From assembly GCA_019358915.1 (NCBI GenBank), contig JAHHIM010000003.1, positions 96,001 through 160,000 of the forward strand: 64,000 nt of DNA, written 5' to 3'. Under the pieces are notes generated by a model. The model ran no database searches, was not told where the DNA came from, and was given only the letters and a program-made list of their open reading frames with translations. The position numbers were made by a program, and so were the translations under genes. Positions 1 to 9,013 of the stretch are shown here, piece by piece; the stretch's first letter is position 1; every line of letters starts with the position of its first letter. The stretch is from Trichormus sp. ATA11-4-KO1. Its GTDB lineage: Bacteria > Cyanobacteriota > Cyanobacteriia > Cyanobacteriales > Nostocaceae.

Positions 1-1
1 G

Positions 2-184
2 TTCTTATTGTTTTGGCACATTAATGACAAAATGTCTGGTCATTGGAATTTTATGACTCCTGTAGTAGTTGTGGGCATGGCAACAATGATCATTTTATTC
101 TTACGCAGACGCTGGCTAGAACGGCAAATGAAAACAAAGCCAAATATTAAGCAACAGGAATCAATGCAACCAATGTCTGATTAA
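2..184 (+). CDS. 3' end of a gene entering the window; membrane-protein C-terminus
   Basis: Frame open from base 2 to TAA 182-184 (...TPVVVVGMATMIILFLRRRWLERQ...); hydrophobic stretch followed by RRR. Confidence 0.5.
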   Translation, partial: FLLFWHINDKMSGHWNFMTPVVVVGMATMIILFLRRRWLERQMKTKPNIKQQESMQPMSD

Positions 185-234
185 TCACCATATTTTAGTT
201 CTATTACTTGCCATTAATTAGTTATTCAATTAGT

Positions 235-1245
235 ATGAAACTCAACCTAATTAACAGAAAAACAAAAACTGGCTTAACAGGTATTATATTTTCCACGCTG
301 CTCGGACTAAGCAGTATCCCTTTAGTTTTAGGTAACTCCACAAATAAATTACTTGTAAATGATGAACAAACAGGCACTTTTAATACTCAGTCTGTGTGGG
401 TTTATTCAGTCGCAATTAGTCCCGATGGTCAACAACTTGTTACGGGAAATTATGATAAAAGTATCAAGGTTTGGAATCTTAACACTGGTAAGTTGATTCA
501 CACACTCCGGGGACATGGAAACTCTGTAGCATCCGTTGCAATTAGTCCCGATGGTCAAACTCTAGCTAGTGGTAGTTGGGATTTCCAGGTTAAATTATGG
601 AATTTGAAAACAGGTGAACTAATCCGCACTTTATCTGGACATACCAATGATGTTAAAGCAGTCACGTTTAGCCCTGACGGTAAAACTGTTGCTAGTGCTG
701 GCTGGGACAAAAAGGTGAATTTATGGAATGTAGAAACTGGTGAACTATTACAAACTTTTAGTCCATCACAACCAGTGAGAACAGTAGCTATTAGTCCCGA
801 TGGACAGACTTTAGCTAGTGGCGATGAAGGTGGTCAAATCATGCTTTGGCAAATAACTACTGGTAGGTTAAGAACACCTTTAGCAGCTCATGACCAACCA
901 ATTTGGTCTATAGCCTTCAGTCCCGATGGACAGACTCTAGCTAGTGGTGGTTCTGACCGCATGATTAAGTTGTGGAATTTAAAGGATGGGCAGTTACACT
1001 GTGTGATGAAAGGGCATAATAAAGCAATTTATTCTCTAGCTTTCAGTCCTAATGGAGAGACTTTAGCTAGTGGTAGTTATGACCAAACAATTAAGTTGTG
1101 GAATATACAGACAGGACAGTTAATTGATAATCTCAAGGGTCATAATAAGGCTATTTGGTCTGTAGCTTTTAGTCCTGATGGACAAACTCTAGCTAGTGGT
1201 AGTTCTGATGAAACTGCCAAGATTTGGCAAATTCCTGCTAATTGA
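235..1245 (+). CDS. WD40-repeat protein with N-terminal signal/TM segment
   Basis: Seven SVAxSPDG..LASG..D..IKLW repeats; ATG at 235 preferred to TTG at 208. Confidence 0.9.
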   Translation: MKLNLINRKTKTGLTGIIFSTLLGLSSIPLVLGNSTNKLLVNDEQTGTFNTQSVWVYSVAISPDGQQLVTGNYDKSIKVWNLNTGKLIHTLRGHGNSVASVAISPDGQTLASGSWDFQVKLWNLKTGELIRTLSGHTNDVKAVTFSPDGKTVASAGWDKKVNLWNVETGELLQTFSPSQPVRTVAISPDGQTLASGDEGGQIMLWQITTGRLRTPLAAHDQPIWSIAFSPDGQTLASGGSDRMIKLWNLKDGQLHCVMKGHNKAIYSLAFSPNGETLASGSYDQTIKLWNIQTGQLIDNLKGHNKAIWSVAFSPDGQTLASGSSDETAKIWQIPAN

Positions 1246-1438
1246 GGCAAATTTTTGAGCTAAGTTGAATAAACCTCTTACACAAATCTTTAATAATCTG
1301 AATAGATAACTTACAACAGTTATTTTTTATCCGTCTTCTTTGCAACTTTGCAAACTTCTAAATAGTAGTATTCAGCAACATTACAGCATTTGTGCAAGCG
1401 GTTTAATCTCAAGCTCTCAATGGTTTTGCATCATTTAG

Positions 1439-1467
1439 GCGATCGCTCTTTGTCAGAGAGCGATCGC
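1439..1467. terminator. HIP1-armed hairpin between convergent genes
   Basis: GCGATCGCTCT-ttgtcag-AGAGCGATCGC, 11-bp stem. Confidence 0.5.
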
Positions 1468-1478
1468 TATTTTGGTGG

Positions 1479-1766
1479 TTATTGCATTAAAATCTGACGG
1501 ATTAAAATACTCATCACCTCACCTGGGTTAGCGGTGGGAAGTAGAGGACTCCAGTCCCCAGTACTGGCGTAACCAATCACCTGCAAATAATGAATCGTAC
1601 TGGTGACGGCTTTGGGTGAACCAATCAGTAGATGTTTGATTGCTTCTCTTTTGGGTAAGAGGTTTTCAGGTGATTGATTTTTAGTGGCTGTCTCAAAATC
1701 TGCATCGCGCAAATCTGATGGGGTGAAATTTTGATACTCTACAAATTTTTGTACTTGTGCCATCAT
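1479..1766 (-). CDS. small hypothetical protein of a recurrent cyanobacterial type
   Basis: KREAIKHLLIGSP..TIHYL..GYA..WSPLLP..GEVMSIL; GGGAG RBS upstream of the ATG. Confidence 0.75.
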   Translation of the reverse strand: MMAQVQKFVEYQNFTPSDLRDADFETATKNQSPENLLPKREAIKHLLIGSPKAVTSTIHYLQVIGYASTGDWSPLLPTANPGEVMSILIRQILMQ

Positions 1767-1852
1767 GGTAATTATCTCCCATTGTGGAGTTTTGGTGAAA
1801 GGCGATCGCAGTCTCTTGTCCGGAGGGCGATCGCCTTTCTTTGTACATTTTT

Positions 1853-1881
1853 ATTAAAGTATAATTTTATACTAGTGTCAA
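1853..1881 (-). promoter_or_regulatory. sigma70-type promoter with a palindromic operator in its spacer
   Basis: Minus strand TTGACA-17nt-TTTAAT; palindrome AGTATA-N4-TATACT at 1858-1873. Confidence 0.6.
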
Positions 1882-2195
1882 TACCCAAAGACAAAAAAAT
1901 TAAATTTGGTTTGAATCAGTTTCAAGTACCTCAAATTAGTAGTACAGCACAAGCGATCACCTGTGTTTTACCATACACCTCTTCTCTGCGCCTTTGCCTC
2001 TCTGCGTGAAGTTTAAATAATATTTTTTTTCAGCCTCTTGATATTCTGTAATAACTTTAATTTCCATTTCATAACTCAAAAATAAAATTATTAGGATTGA
2101 TGAGTGTGTGTGATAAGTTCTGGCATCAGTTGATTAATCTCCTGTCACAAGTGATAAGATAGGGAACAGGAAACTGATAACACAAAACAGGAAAA

Positions 2196-2390
2196 ATGAA
2201 AACTGATTTTCTTATTGATGAAAAGCTTTTAGATGAAGCTATTAAAGTGACCGGACTTCAGACTAAACAAGAAGTAATTGAACTTGGACTGAAAACGCTA
2301 ATTAAATTAAAGCAACAAGAAAAAATAAAAGCTTATCGAGGTAATCTTCAATGGGAAGGCAACCTTGATGAAATCAGAATCAATTCATGA
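2196..2390 (+). CDS. vapB: VapB-type antitoxin
   Basis: IDEKLLDEA...TKQEVIELGL...WEGNLDEIR; 4-nt ATGA overlap with the PIN gene. Confidence 0.85.
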   Translation: MKTDFLIDEKLLDEAIKVTGLQTKQEVIELGLKTLIKLKQQEKIKAYRGNLQWEGNLDEIRINS

Positions 2391-2788
2391 TTATTGTAGA
2401 TTCAAGTGTATGGATAGACTATTTTAACGGTAGGGAAACCCCAGAGACAAATAAACTAGATACACTCTTAGGAGTAGAACCGCTTGGAATTGGTGATCTT
2501 ATATTAACTGAAGTGCTGCAAGGATTTCGTTCTGATGGCGATTATCAAACAGCAAAGGAACTGCTGAATTCCCTGACGATTTTTGAAATGTTAGGTATTA
2601 ATCTTGCTGTCAAGAGTGCTGATAATTATAGAAGTCTCCGAAAATGTGGCATTACTATCCGTAAAACGGCTGATGTGATTATCGCTACTTTTTGTCTTGA
2701 AAGCCAAAACTCACTTTTATTTAGCGACAAAGATTTCTTGCCATTTGTTCAACATCTTGGCTTACTTACCGTTTCCACAAAAATATAA
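2387..2788 (+). CDS. vapC: VapC PIN-domain toxin
   Basis: IVDSSVWID, TEVLQG, ADVIIA, SDKDF: all PIN acidic motifs present. Confidence 0.9.
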   Translation: MIIVDSSVWIDYFNGRETPETNKLDTLLGVEPLGIGDLILTEVLQGFRSDGDYQTAKELLNSLTIFEMLGINLAVKSADNYRSLRKCGITIRKTADVIIATFCLESQNSLLFSDKDFLPFVQHLGLLTVSTKI

Positions 2789-2828
2789 AAATTCTAATTA
2801 TTGATGAGTTAGGAAATGAGAATTTCGG

Positions 2829-2896
2829 AAGCGATCGCCATCGTTAACGCCAGCTAATTTCACCCTGCACTATGACCTTTGTCTGCGATCACACCT
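2829..2896 (+). repeat. 68-bp direct repeat, copy 1 (HIP1-bounded)
   Basis: 60/68 identical to 3621-3688; starts with GCGATCGC and ends with GCGATCAC. Confidence 0.9.
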
Positions 2897-3111
2897 TTGG
2901 ACAAAAGAAAGCCAACGCCTCAACTTTTTCTCATCCATTGCTTGTCTCGCCTACAACTCCAACTCTGGCAAATCCAGTGCGGGGCTTTGGTTTAACTGCA
3001 AATACTGAAGTATCGACAGACACACAAAAAATCCAATCTGCTGATGAGCGATCGCTCTTGAAAATCCCTATATAATGTAATCATCATCGTATCGAATTAG
3101 GAAAAGTTTGT

Positions 3112-3567
3112 ATGCTAACCTCTAATACAAATAAAGCATTATATGAACAAGATTTTTATTTATGGATACAAACCACTGTTAAATTATTAAAAGAGAGAAA
3201 TCTAGAGCAATTAGATATTGATAATTTGCTTGAAGAAATCGACAGCATGGGTCGGAGTGAAAAGAAAGAATTAAAAAATAGATTAATAGTGTTAATTGAA
3301 CATTTATTAAAACTGCAATTTTGGATTGTAGAGAAAGATGATAATGCTAGAGGTTGGCGTAAAACTGTTGTTGAGCAACGAAGACAAATATTGTATATTC
3401 TTGCCGATAGCCCTAGTTTGAAATCTATTCTCAATAATATATTTATAGACTGTTATACAGATGCAAGAAAAGATACAATTAGAAAATATCAACTCTCCTC
3501 TGAACTATTTCCTCAACAGCCACCCTTTTCTCTAGAACAGGTTCTCAACGAAGATTTCATACCCTAA
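3112..3567 (+). CDS. DUF29 family protein
   Basis: LYEQDFYLW...LDIDNLLEEIDSMGRSEK...LIEHLLKL...SPSLK...FP..PPFSLEQVL. Confidence 0.9.
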   Translation: MLTSNTNKALYEQDFYLWIQTTVKLLKERNLEQLDIDNLLEEIDSMGRSEKKELKNRLIVLIEHLLKLQFWIVEKDDNARGWRKTVVEQRRQILYILADSPSLKSILNNIFIDCYTDARKDTIRKYQLSSELFPQQPPFSLEQVLNEDFIP

Positions 3568-3620
3568 ATTTTAGTATTATTGATGTTTATCAAGCCGAGC
3601 GATCGCCTAGCGTTTGTTTT

Positions 3621-3688
3621 AAGCTATCGCCACCGTTAGCGTCAGCTAATTTCACCATACTCTATGACCTTTGTCTGCGATCGCACCT
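3621..3688 (+). repeat. 68-bp direct repeat, copy 2 (HIP1-bounded)
   Basis: Matches 2829-2896; starts GCTATCGC, ends GCGATCGC. Confidence 0.9.
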
Positions 3689-3767
3689 CATTTTATACTT
3701 TGAACAGGAGGGAGTGTAGAAGCTGGATTAATGAGGTTGGTAATTTGAATTTTACTGTTGTGAGTTG

Positions 3768-3904
3768 AGGCGATCGCTTGAGTTAGTTCTGAATTCATGG
3801 TAAGTTTTCATTAATTGATTATTGATGTGATCATTCTACATTTAAGTCGAGTGATCGCTATTATTATCTCTCAATTTGCACAGGCGATCGCTTGAGTCAG
3901 TTCT
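3768..3904 (+). repeat. pair of 23-bp HIP1-containing direct repeats
   Basis: AGGCGATCGCTTGAGT(T/C)AGTTCT at 3768-3790 and 3882-3904. Confidence 0.8.
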
Positions 3905-3959
3905 ACTGTAGCGCAATGAGCTTTAATAATTGCCTGAACAATACCATCAATAATTTTTA

Positions 3960-4586
3960 TCATAAATTTTTTTGACGACAAGCTGCTAGATGGTTACGTA
4001 CAGTAATGGTATTGTGATGATGAACTCCAAACCTTTGTTCACAAATATCTAAAGCTTGTTGATAAAGGGTTTCGGCTTCTTCATACTTACCTTGAGAAAA
4101 GTATAAATATGCTAAATTATTCAAACTATTAGCAATATCTGGATGTTTCTTAGGGAGTAAATTTTGTCTCATCTTCAAAGCTTCTCTGTGATTAGTTTCT
4201 GCTTTTTCATAAAGTTTTTGTGATTGGTAAAGTACAGCAAGATTATTCAGACTATTGGCAACATCAGGATGTTCCTGACCGAGAAAGTGTTTTCTCATGT
4301 TCAAGGCTTTTATAAAAAGGCATTCAGCGTCTTGGTAGCGATTTTGTGAACTGTAGACTAATGCCAGATTGTTAAGGCTAGTAGCAACATCAAGATGTTT
4401 CTGACCTAGTAAGCGTTGTCTCATTTCCAAAGCTTCTTTATGACGAAGTTCAGCTTTGTCATATTGACCTTGGGAACGGTAGAGTTCCCCTAAGTTATTG
4501 AGACTTTGTGCTACAAGAATGTTTTCTTGTCCTAATAAATTTTGCCTGATTGCAAAAAGCTTCGATAATAATGAGACATCGCACAT
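3960..4586 (-). CDS. kinesin-light-chain-type TPR protein, probably an N-terminally truncated fragment
   Basis: 42-aa repeats HPDVANSLNNLA.LY..QG.Y..AE; begins mid-repeat just downstream of a HIP1 site. Confidence 0.7.
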   Translation of the reverse strand: MCDVSLLSKLFAIRQNLLGQENILVAQSLNNLGELYRSQGQYDKAELRHKEALEMRQRLLGQKHLDVATSLNNLALVYSSQNRYQDAECLFIKALNMRKHFLGQEHPDVANSLNNLAVLYQSQKLYEKAETNHREALKMRQNLLPKKHPDIANSLNNLAYLYFSQGKYEEAETLYQQALDICEQRFGVHHHNTITVRNHLAACRQKNL

Positions 4587-4676
4587 TCTTATGAAATCAT
4601 CATATCAGGGCGATCGCCTGACAATTTAACTTTCTCACAATGCTAAATTTCAAAGTTTATCGTAACCAAAAAATCT

Positions 4677-4787
4677 GGCGTTGCTGATTGAAAATATGAA
4701 TTTATCTCGCGCAAAGGCGCAAAGGCGCAAAGGTACAAAGAAAAATCAGGGTGATTTTAGCATTTCATATTCTGATTCAGCAACGCC
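4677..4787. mobile_element. 111-bp MITE with terminal inverted repeats and an 8-bp target duplication
   Basis: GGCGTTGCTGA...TCAGCAACGCC ends (imperfect IR of about 24 bp); AAAAATCT on both flanks (4669-4676, 4788-4795); internal CGCAAAGG octamers. Confidence 0.8.
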
Positions 4788-4850
4788 AAAAATCTTATAT
4801 ATCTCGCGCAGAGGCGCAGAGAGTAAGAAAACTCCTACTCCCTACTCCGA

Positions 4851-6227
4851 TTAAACGTTGACAGGTGTACTTGCTCTTGTTACCTGAACTGTGGGTATCA
4901 TTTGTAACCCTGATGGTGCGGCTAAAGTTAACCCACGACGCACAGGATACAAAGGACGCTTGTTAACCATGGATAATTGAAATTCTGACAAAATTGTCGC
5001 TAAAGCAATTTTCATTTCATACTGAGCAAATGCCAAGCCAATACAACGGCGATTTCCTCCGCCAAAGGGTATATATTCATAAGGGGAAAATTGCCTTTCT
5101 AAAAAGCGTTCTGGTTTAAATTGCTTGGGTTGTGGGTAAACTTCTTCTCGATGATGGGCTAAATAAATACTAGGAACTATGGCTGTTCCTACTGGCAATT
5201 TGTAACCCATAATTTCTATTGGTGATTTGGCAACTCGGATAAAACCATTCGCCACAATTGGGTATATTCTTAAGGTTTCTTGGCAAACTGCTGTCAAATA
5301 AGGTAATTTGGCAATGCTACTCGGTTCTGGGTTGACACCAAGGGTTTCTAGTTCTCGTTGTAACTTTTCTCGTACCTCTGGTAATTGATCAATCCAGTAA
5401 AAAGCCCATGTTAATGCAGAAGCGGTAGTTTCATGTCCTGCAACTAACATTGTCATTAATTCATCACGTAACTCCACGTCTGACATTGCCTGTCCGTCGT
5501 CATAACGAGCAGATATTAATAAACTGAGGATATCTTGGCGACTTTCCCCAGGTTCAGCCCGACGTTCAGCAATCAGAGTATAAATAAGTTGATCAATTTG
5601 TTGAATCAGGCGCAAAACCCGTCCCCAAGGACTCCACGCACCTAAATCTTTTTGCAGAAAACTAAAAAAGAAAGCGCTGGACATCAAGGAAGAACCCATG
5701 AAATCCAATACAGAAGTGAGTAATCGTCGCAGTTCTTGAAAAAGCGGCCCCTCATCTACACCAAACACTACCCGTAAAATCACCCGCAAGGTAATTTCTT
5801 GCATGGAGGCGCGGATATTAAAAGGTTGACCAATAGTCCATTCGTTACTTACCTGTTGGGTAATTTCTTGGATAGTTTCACCGTAGGCTCGCATTCTTTC
5901 GCCATGAAAAGGCGGCGTTAATAATTGACGTTGGCGCTGGTGGCGATCGCCATCTAGTAAAATTACAGAATTATCGCCTAGCAAAAACCCTAAAATTCCG
6001 GTTCCTCCACCAGATTGAAAGTAGCTAGCATTGGTAAAAATCTGCTCCAGTGCTTGGGGATGGCTGAAATATACAATATGCTTATCCCCTCGATTCCAAA
6101 TAGTGAAGGTGTCACCATAAACTTTGGCAAAATCTTCTACATATTTCACTGGCTGGGTGATAAACTTTATCATCCGTAGATAGCGTGGCAATCTTGGCCC
6201 ATCAGGCAAGTTATAAGTTACTGTCAT
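4851..6227 (-). CDS. cytochrome P450, CYP110-like
   Basis: AGHETT I-helix, ETLR, PERF, FGGGNRRCIG heme motif. Confidence 0.95.
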   Translation of the reverse strand: MTVTYNLPDGPRLPRYLRMIKFITQPVKYVEDFAKVYGDTFTIWNRGDKHIVYFSHPQALEQIFTNASYFQSGGGTGILGFLLGDNSVILLDGDRHQRQRQLLTPPFHGERMRAYGETIQEITQQVSNEWTIGQPFNIRASMQEITLRVILRVVFGVDEGPLFQELRRLLTSVLDFMGSSLMSSAFFFSFLQKDLGAWSPWGRVLRLIQQIDQLIYTLIAERRAEPGESRQDILSLLISARYDDGQAMSDVELRDELMTMLVAGHETTASALTWAFYWIDQLPEVREKLQRELETLGVNPEPSSIAKLPYLTAVCQETLRIYPIVANGFIRVAKSPIEIMGYKLPVGTAIVPSIYLAHHREEVYPQPKQFKPERFLERQFSPYEYIPFGGGNRRCIGLAFAQYEMKIALATILSEFQLSMVNKRPLYPVRRGLTLAAPSGLQMIPTVQVTRASTPVNV

Positions 6228-6387
6228 AGGAGTTTTTTAGAAGTGACGGCTTCTAATTTTTATTTTTACGGGTTTTCATGTTTTTGGGTGTCACATAAAG
6301 CGGTATATTCATTTAAGGCAGTTCCGATGAAACGAGTTTCACAGCCAAGTATGAAAGAGAGACTAGAAGCTAGAGACTGGAATTTTT

Positions 6388-6442
6388 ACTCAGCACTCAG
6401 CACTCCCCTTCGACTTCGCTCAGGACAAGCGCACTCAGCACT
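6388..6442. repeat. ACTCAGC heptamer array interrupted by a short dispersed repeat
   Basis: ACTCAGC units flank CCCTTCGACTTCGCTCAGGACAAG at about 6406-6429. Confidence 0.7.
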
Positions 6443-6467
6443 TTCAAGTCAGGGTCGGAAGTAAGCA

Positions 6468-7100
6468 GTGCCAAAAATCATCGCTATCCTCAACGGTAAG
6501 GGAGGAGTCGGTAAAACGACTACCGCAGTCAATCTAGCTGCACAGTTTGGCAAAAAGAAAAAAGTTATTCTCGTTGATGCAGATATTCAAGGTTCTGCTA
6601 GCTGGTGGGTGGGAAGAAACCAGGATGGTATGGGGTTTGATCTCTCCCAAGAAAGCAATCCTCAACTTTTAGGTGATTTAAGAAAGATAACAGGTTACGA
6701 TTTAGTAGTGGTGGATACGCCTCCGGCGCTGCACTCTGAAGCATTAGCGACAGTAGTAGCGATCGCCGATTATCTAGTTTTGCCTACACCACCATCTGCT
6801 ATGGACTTAGCTGTTCTTGTTGAGACAGTCAAAAAGGCTGTTGTTCCTGCGGGAGTTCCCCATCGGGTGCTGCTCACTAAAGTCGATGCGCGGTGTGTGG
6901 GCGAAGCGCGAGAAGCACAAGATACTCTCCTGCGGCTAGGAATACCTGCTTGCAAAGCTTTTATCCGTACCTATAAAGCTCACGAACGAGCCGCATTGGA
7001 GGGTTTAGCGATTACTCAATGGCGAGGTAGGAATGCGCGGGAGGCGGAGTTAGACTACCGCCGCGTGGCTGATGAATTACAGCGAGATTGGAGGAAATAA
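6468..7100 (+). CDS. mcdA: ParA-family ATPase, McdA (type 2) carboxysome positioning
   Basis: KGGVGKTT deviant Walker A, SASWW double-Trp, VVDTPP; coupled to an McdB-like gene. Confidence 0.8.
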   Translation: MPKIIAILNGKGGVGKTTTAVNLAAQFGKKKKVILVDADIQGSASWWVGRNQDGMGFDLSQESNPQLLGDLRKITGYDLVVVDTPPALHSEALATVVAIADYLVLPTPPSAMDLAVLVETVKKAVVPAGVPHRVLLTKVDARCVGEAREAQDTLLRLGIPACKAFIRTYKAHERAALEGLAITQWRGRNAREAELDYRRVADELQRDWRK

Positions 7101-7696
7101 TGGTTAAGAAACGTCTTTCTGATTTAATACAAGAAGAAGCACAAAAATTGACATCAACTGAAAGTGAGTCTGTAATTGAAGTTGCATCTGAAGAAATCAC
7201 TGAACCAAATGCTTCAGCAACTGAGGACTCGTCAACGGAAACACCAGAACCTACTTCTGCTAGGCGTACCAATCCCACTAAGGCTGATTTAGAAAACATG
7301 CTTAAAGAGTTAAAAGAAACTCTAGAACAAGCTCAAGACAAAGAAAAAAATTTGCAAAAGCAAATTGTGAATTTGCAATCAGCTTTGTCAGAAAAACAAG
7401 CGTCAGCAGAACGACTAACAAAAGAACTACAAGAAGCTAAAAAAGCAGCGCTACACCTGGCACAAGCTAATTCTCAACTTATAGAAGAAAATAATTCATT
7501 GAAACAAGAACAAGAAAATAAATCCGCGATCCAAGTAAAAGAAAAACAAGAACAAGAAAATAAATCCGCGATTCAAGTAAAAGAAAAATATAACCCAGTT
7601 GGCTATAGAAAATCACATCGAGTCCCTGAACATCTTTTGGAACGACAAACAGAAGATCATGATGATTTTAACGCTAATACTTGGTTATACGACTAG
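7100..7696 (+). CDS. mcdB: McdB-like coiled-coil partner
   Basis: TAATG overlap with mcdA; basic N-terminus MVKKRL, central coiled coil, Trp fourth from the C-terminus (NTWLYD). Confidence 0.75.
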   Translation: MVKKRLSDLIQEEAQKLTSTESESVIEVASEEITEPNASATEDSSTETPEPTSARRTNPTKADLENMLKELKETLEQAQDKEKNLQKQIVNLQSALSEKQASAERLTKELQEAKKAALHLAQANSQLIEENNSLKQEQENKSAIQVKEKQEQENKSAIQVKEKYNPVGYRKSHRVPEHLLERQTEDHDDFNANTWLYD

Positions 7697-7697
7697 A

Positions 7698-7757
7698 TAA
7701 TTCGTAATTCGTAATTCGTAATTCGTAATTCGTAATTCGTAATTCGTAATTCGTAAT
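7698..7757. repeat. STRR heptamer array (TAATTCG)x8
   Basis: Eight perfect tandem copies plus TAAT. Confidence 0.95.
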
Positions 7758-7802
7758 AGCAGCCCACGACACGCTACTTGACATAGACAAATAGTTTTGC
7801 GG

Positions 7803-7868
7803 GTTTGTAGTAAGCACTTTAGTGCTGATTAGTGCTGAAAATATTAAGGACTAAAGTCTTTGCTACGA
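7803..7868. repeat. palindromic REP/MITE-like element
   Basis: TTTGTAGTAAGCACTTTAGT...ACTAAAGTCTTTGCTACGAA imperfect inverted arms; related copy at 9406-9567. Confidence 0.65.
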
Positions 7869-8762
7869 AAAAAAACATTTACGAAATTCTAAAATATGTT
7901 GGGCGGTAATTTGTGGCTGCTCTAAATGTGGGACATGTCCAGAGTCTTGAATCCAAATGAGTTTACTGTTGGGAATTACCCTGTGAAACTTATTGGCATC
8001 TCCTGTACCCAAAATCTGATCGCTATCGCCCCATAAAATCAGTGTTGATGACACAATATCTGCCATCTGCTGCAAACTAAAAGCACTGTAACCACCACTT
8101 TTAGTAAAAGCAATCAAAGCTTGATGCCAATTAGACATTTCTAAGTGTAAAGCAGCACATACTTGAGCATCCAGTGACGCTAGTAACTTGTTTTTGTAAG
8201 CAGTGCGGGAAATGCGATCGCGTACTTTGGGATTACGCAAAAAATTAGCTGCTAAATAATCCAAAGGGGGAAACATCAATTTGCTGATTGGTGAACCTCC
8301 TTGCAAACCAGCACTGTCAATTAATACTAGTTTTTGCACCACTTCTGGATAAGTGAGGGTGAAATCAATTGCTGCTGCACCCCCCATGGAAGCACCCACC
8401 AAAATCACAGGTTGGTTAATTAAAGTTTTCCAGAAATAATACAGATGAGTTTTAATGGCCAGTGGGCTAAATTGTATACCTGCAATTCTGTCTGTAAACC
8501 CAAAACCTAACAAATCCACGACCCAGGTTTCATTATCCTCTGCCAGCAGTGGCAACAAACGACGGAACTCGAAAACAGAACCATCGAAGCCGTGAAGTAA
8601 TAAAATAGGCGTGCCACCACTACCTTGATGTACATAGGTTGTGGTAATTAGTTGATTAATTAAGGGAGTAGCGATCGCTTGACTTTGAATACTTTGAGCC
8701 AAGGCGATCGAGGTAGGTTCCGTTAGTTGCTCAACTGCGGCTGGTAAAAAATTAGGAAACAT
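7863..8762 (-). CDS. alpha/beta-fold hydrolase
   Basis: LLHGF, DLLGFG, GASMGG nucleophile elbow, GHVPHLEQP. Confidence 0.9.
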   Translation of the reverse strand: MFPNFLPAAVEQLTEPTSIALAQSIQSQAIATPLINQLITTTYVHQGSGGTPILLLHGFDGSVFEFRRLLPLLAEDNETWVVDLLGFGFTDRIAGIQFSPLAIKTHLYYFWKTLINQPVILVGASMGGAAAIDFTLTYPEVVQKLVLIDSAGLQGGSPISKLMFPPLDYLAANFLRNPKVRDRISRTAYKNKLLASLDAQVCAALHLEMSNWHQALIAFTKSGGYSAFSLQQMADIVSSTLILWGDSDQILGTGDANKFHRVIPNSKLIWIQDSGHVPHLEQPQITAQHILEFRKCFFS

Positions 8763-8889
8763 AAGTTTTAGTTTACGTTGTCATCTTTAGCGAATCAAAA
8801 ATTTTGGGTTCTGCTTGCCGCCTAAAAAATTTATACTAAAAAACCTGCCAATCTTTAAAAAAAGACTAGCAGGTAGGGTCTTTTGTCAA

Positions 8890-8963
8890 TCGGAGCGGCG
8901 GGATTCGAACCCACGACCTCCACTACCCCAAAGTGGCGCGCTACCAAGCTGCGCTACGCCCCG
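8890..8963 (-). tRNA. trnP: tRNA-Pro(GGG)
   Basis: CGGGGCGTAGCGCAGCTTGGTAGCGCG-CCACT-TTGGGGT-AGTGG...GTTCGAATCC...CTCCGA cloverleaf; CCA not encoded. Confidence 0.97.
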
Positions 8964-9013
8964 GTCAGAATTTCCATTATACTGCAAATTTATCGGGTAA
9001 TCAAGAGTTAAAT

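Noticed and set aside
2872..3075. 67-aa ORF
   Set aside because: Starts inside a repeat and has no recognisable motif; more likely debris.
6243..6464. 73-aa ORF upstream of mcdA
   Set aside because: Largely translates STRR and short dispersed repeats.
6468..7696. Novel partition system
   Set aside because: Motifs fit the known type 2 McdAB system.
7698..7757. Possible CRISPR array
   Set aside because: Pure heptamer tandem repeat with no spacers; no cas genes in the window.
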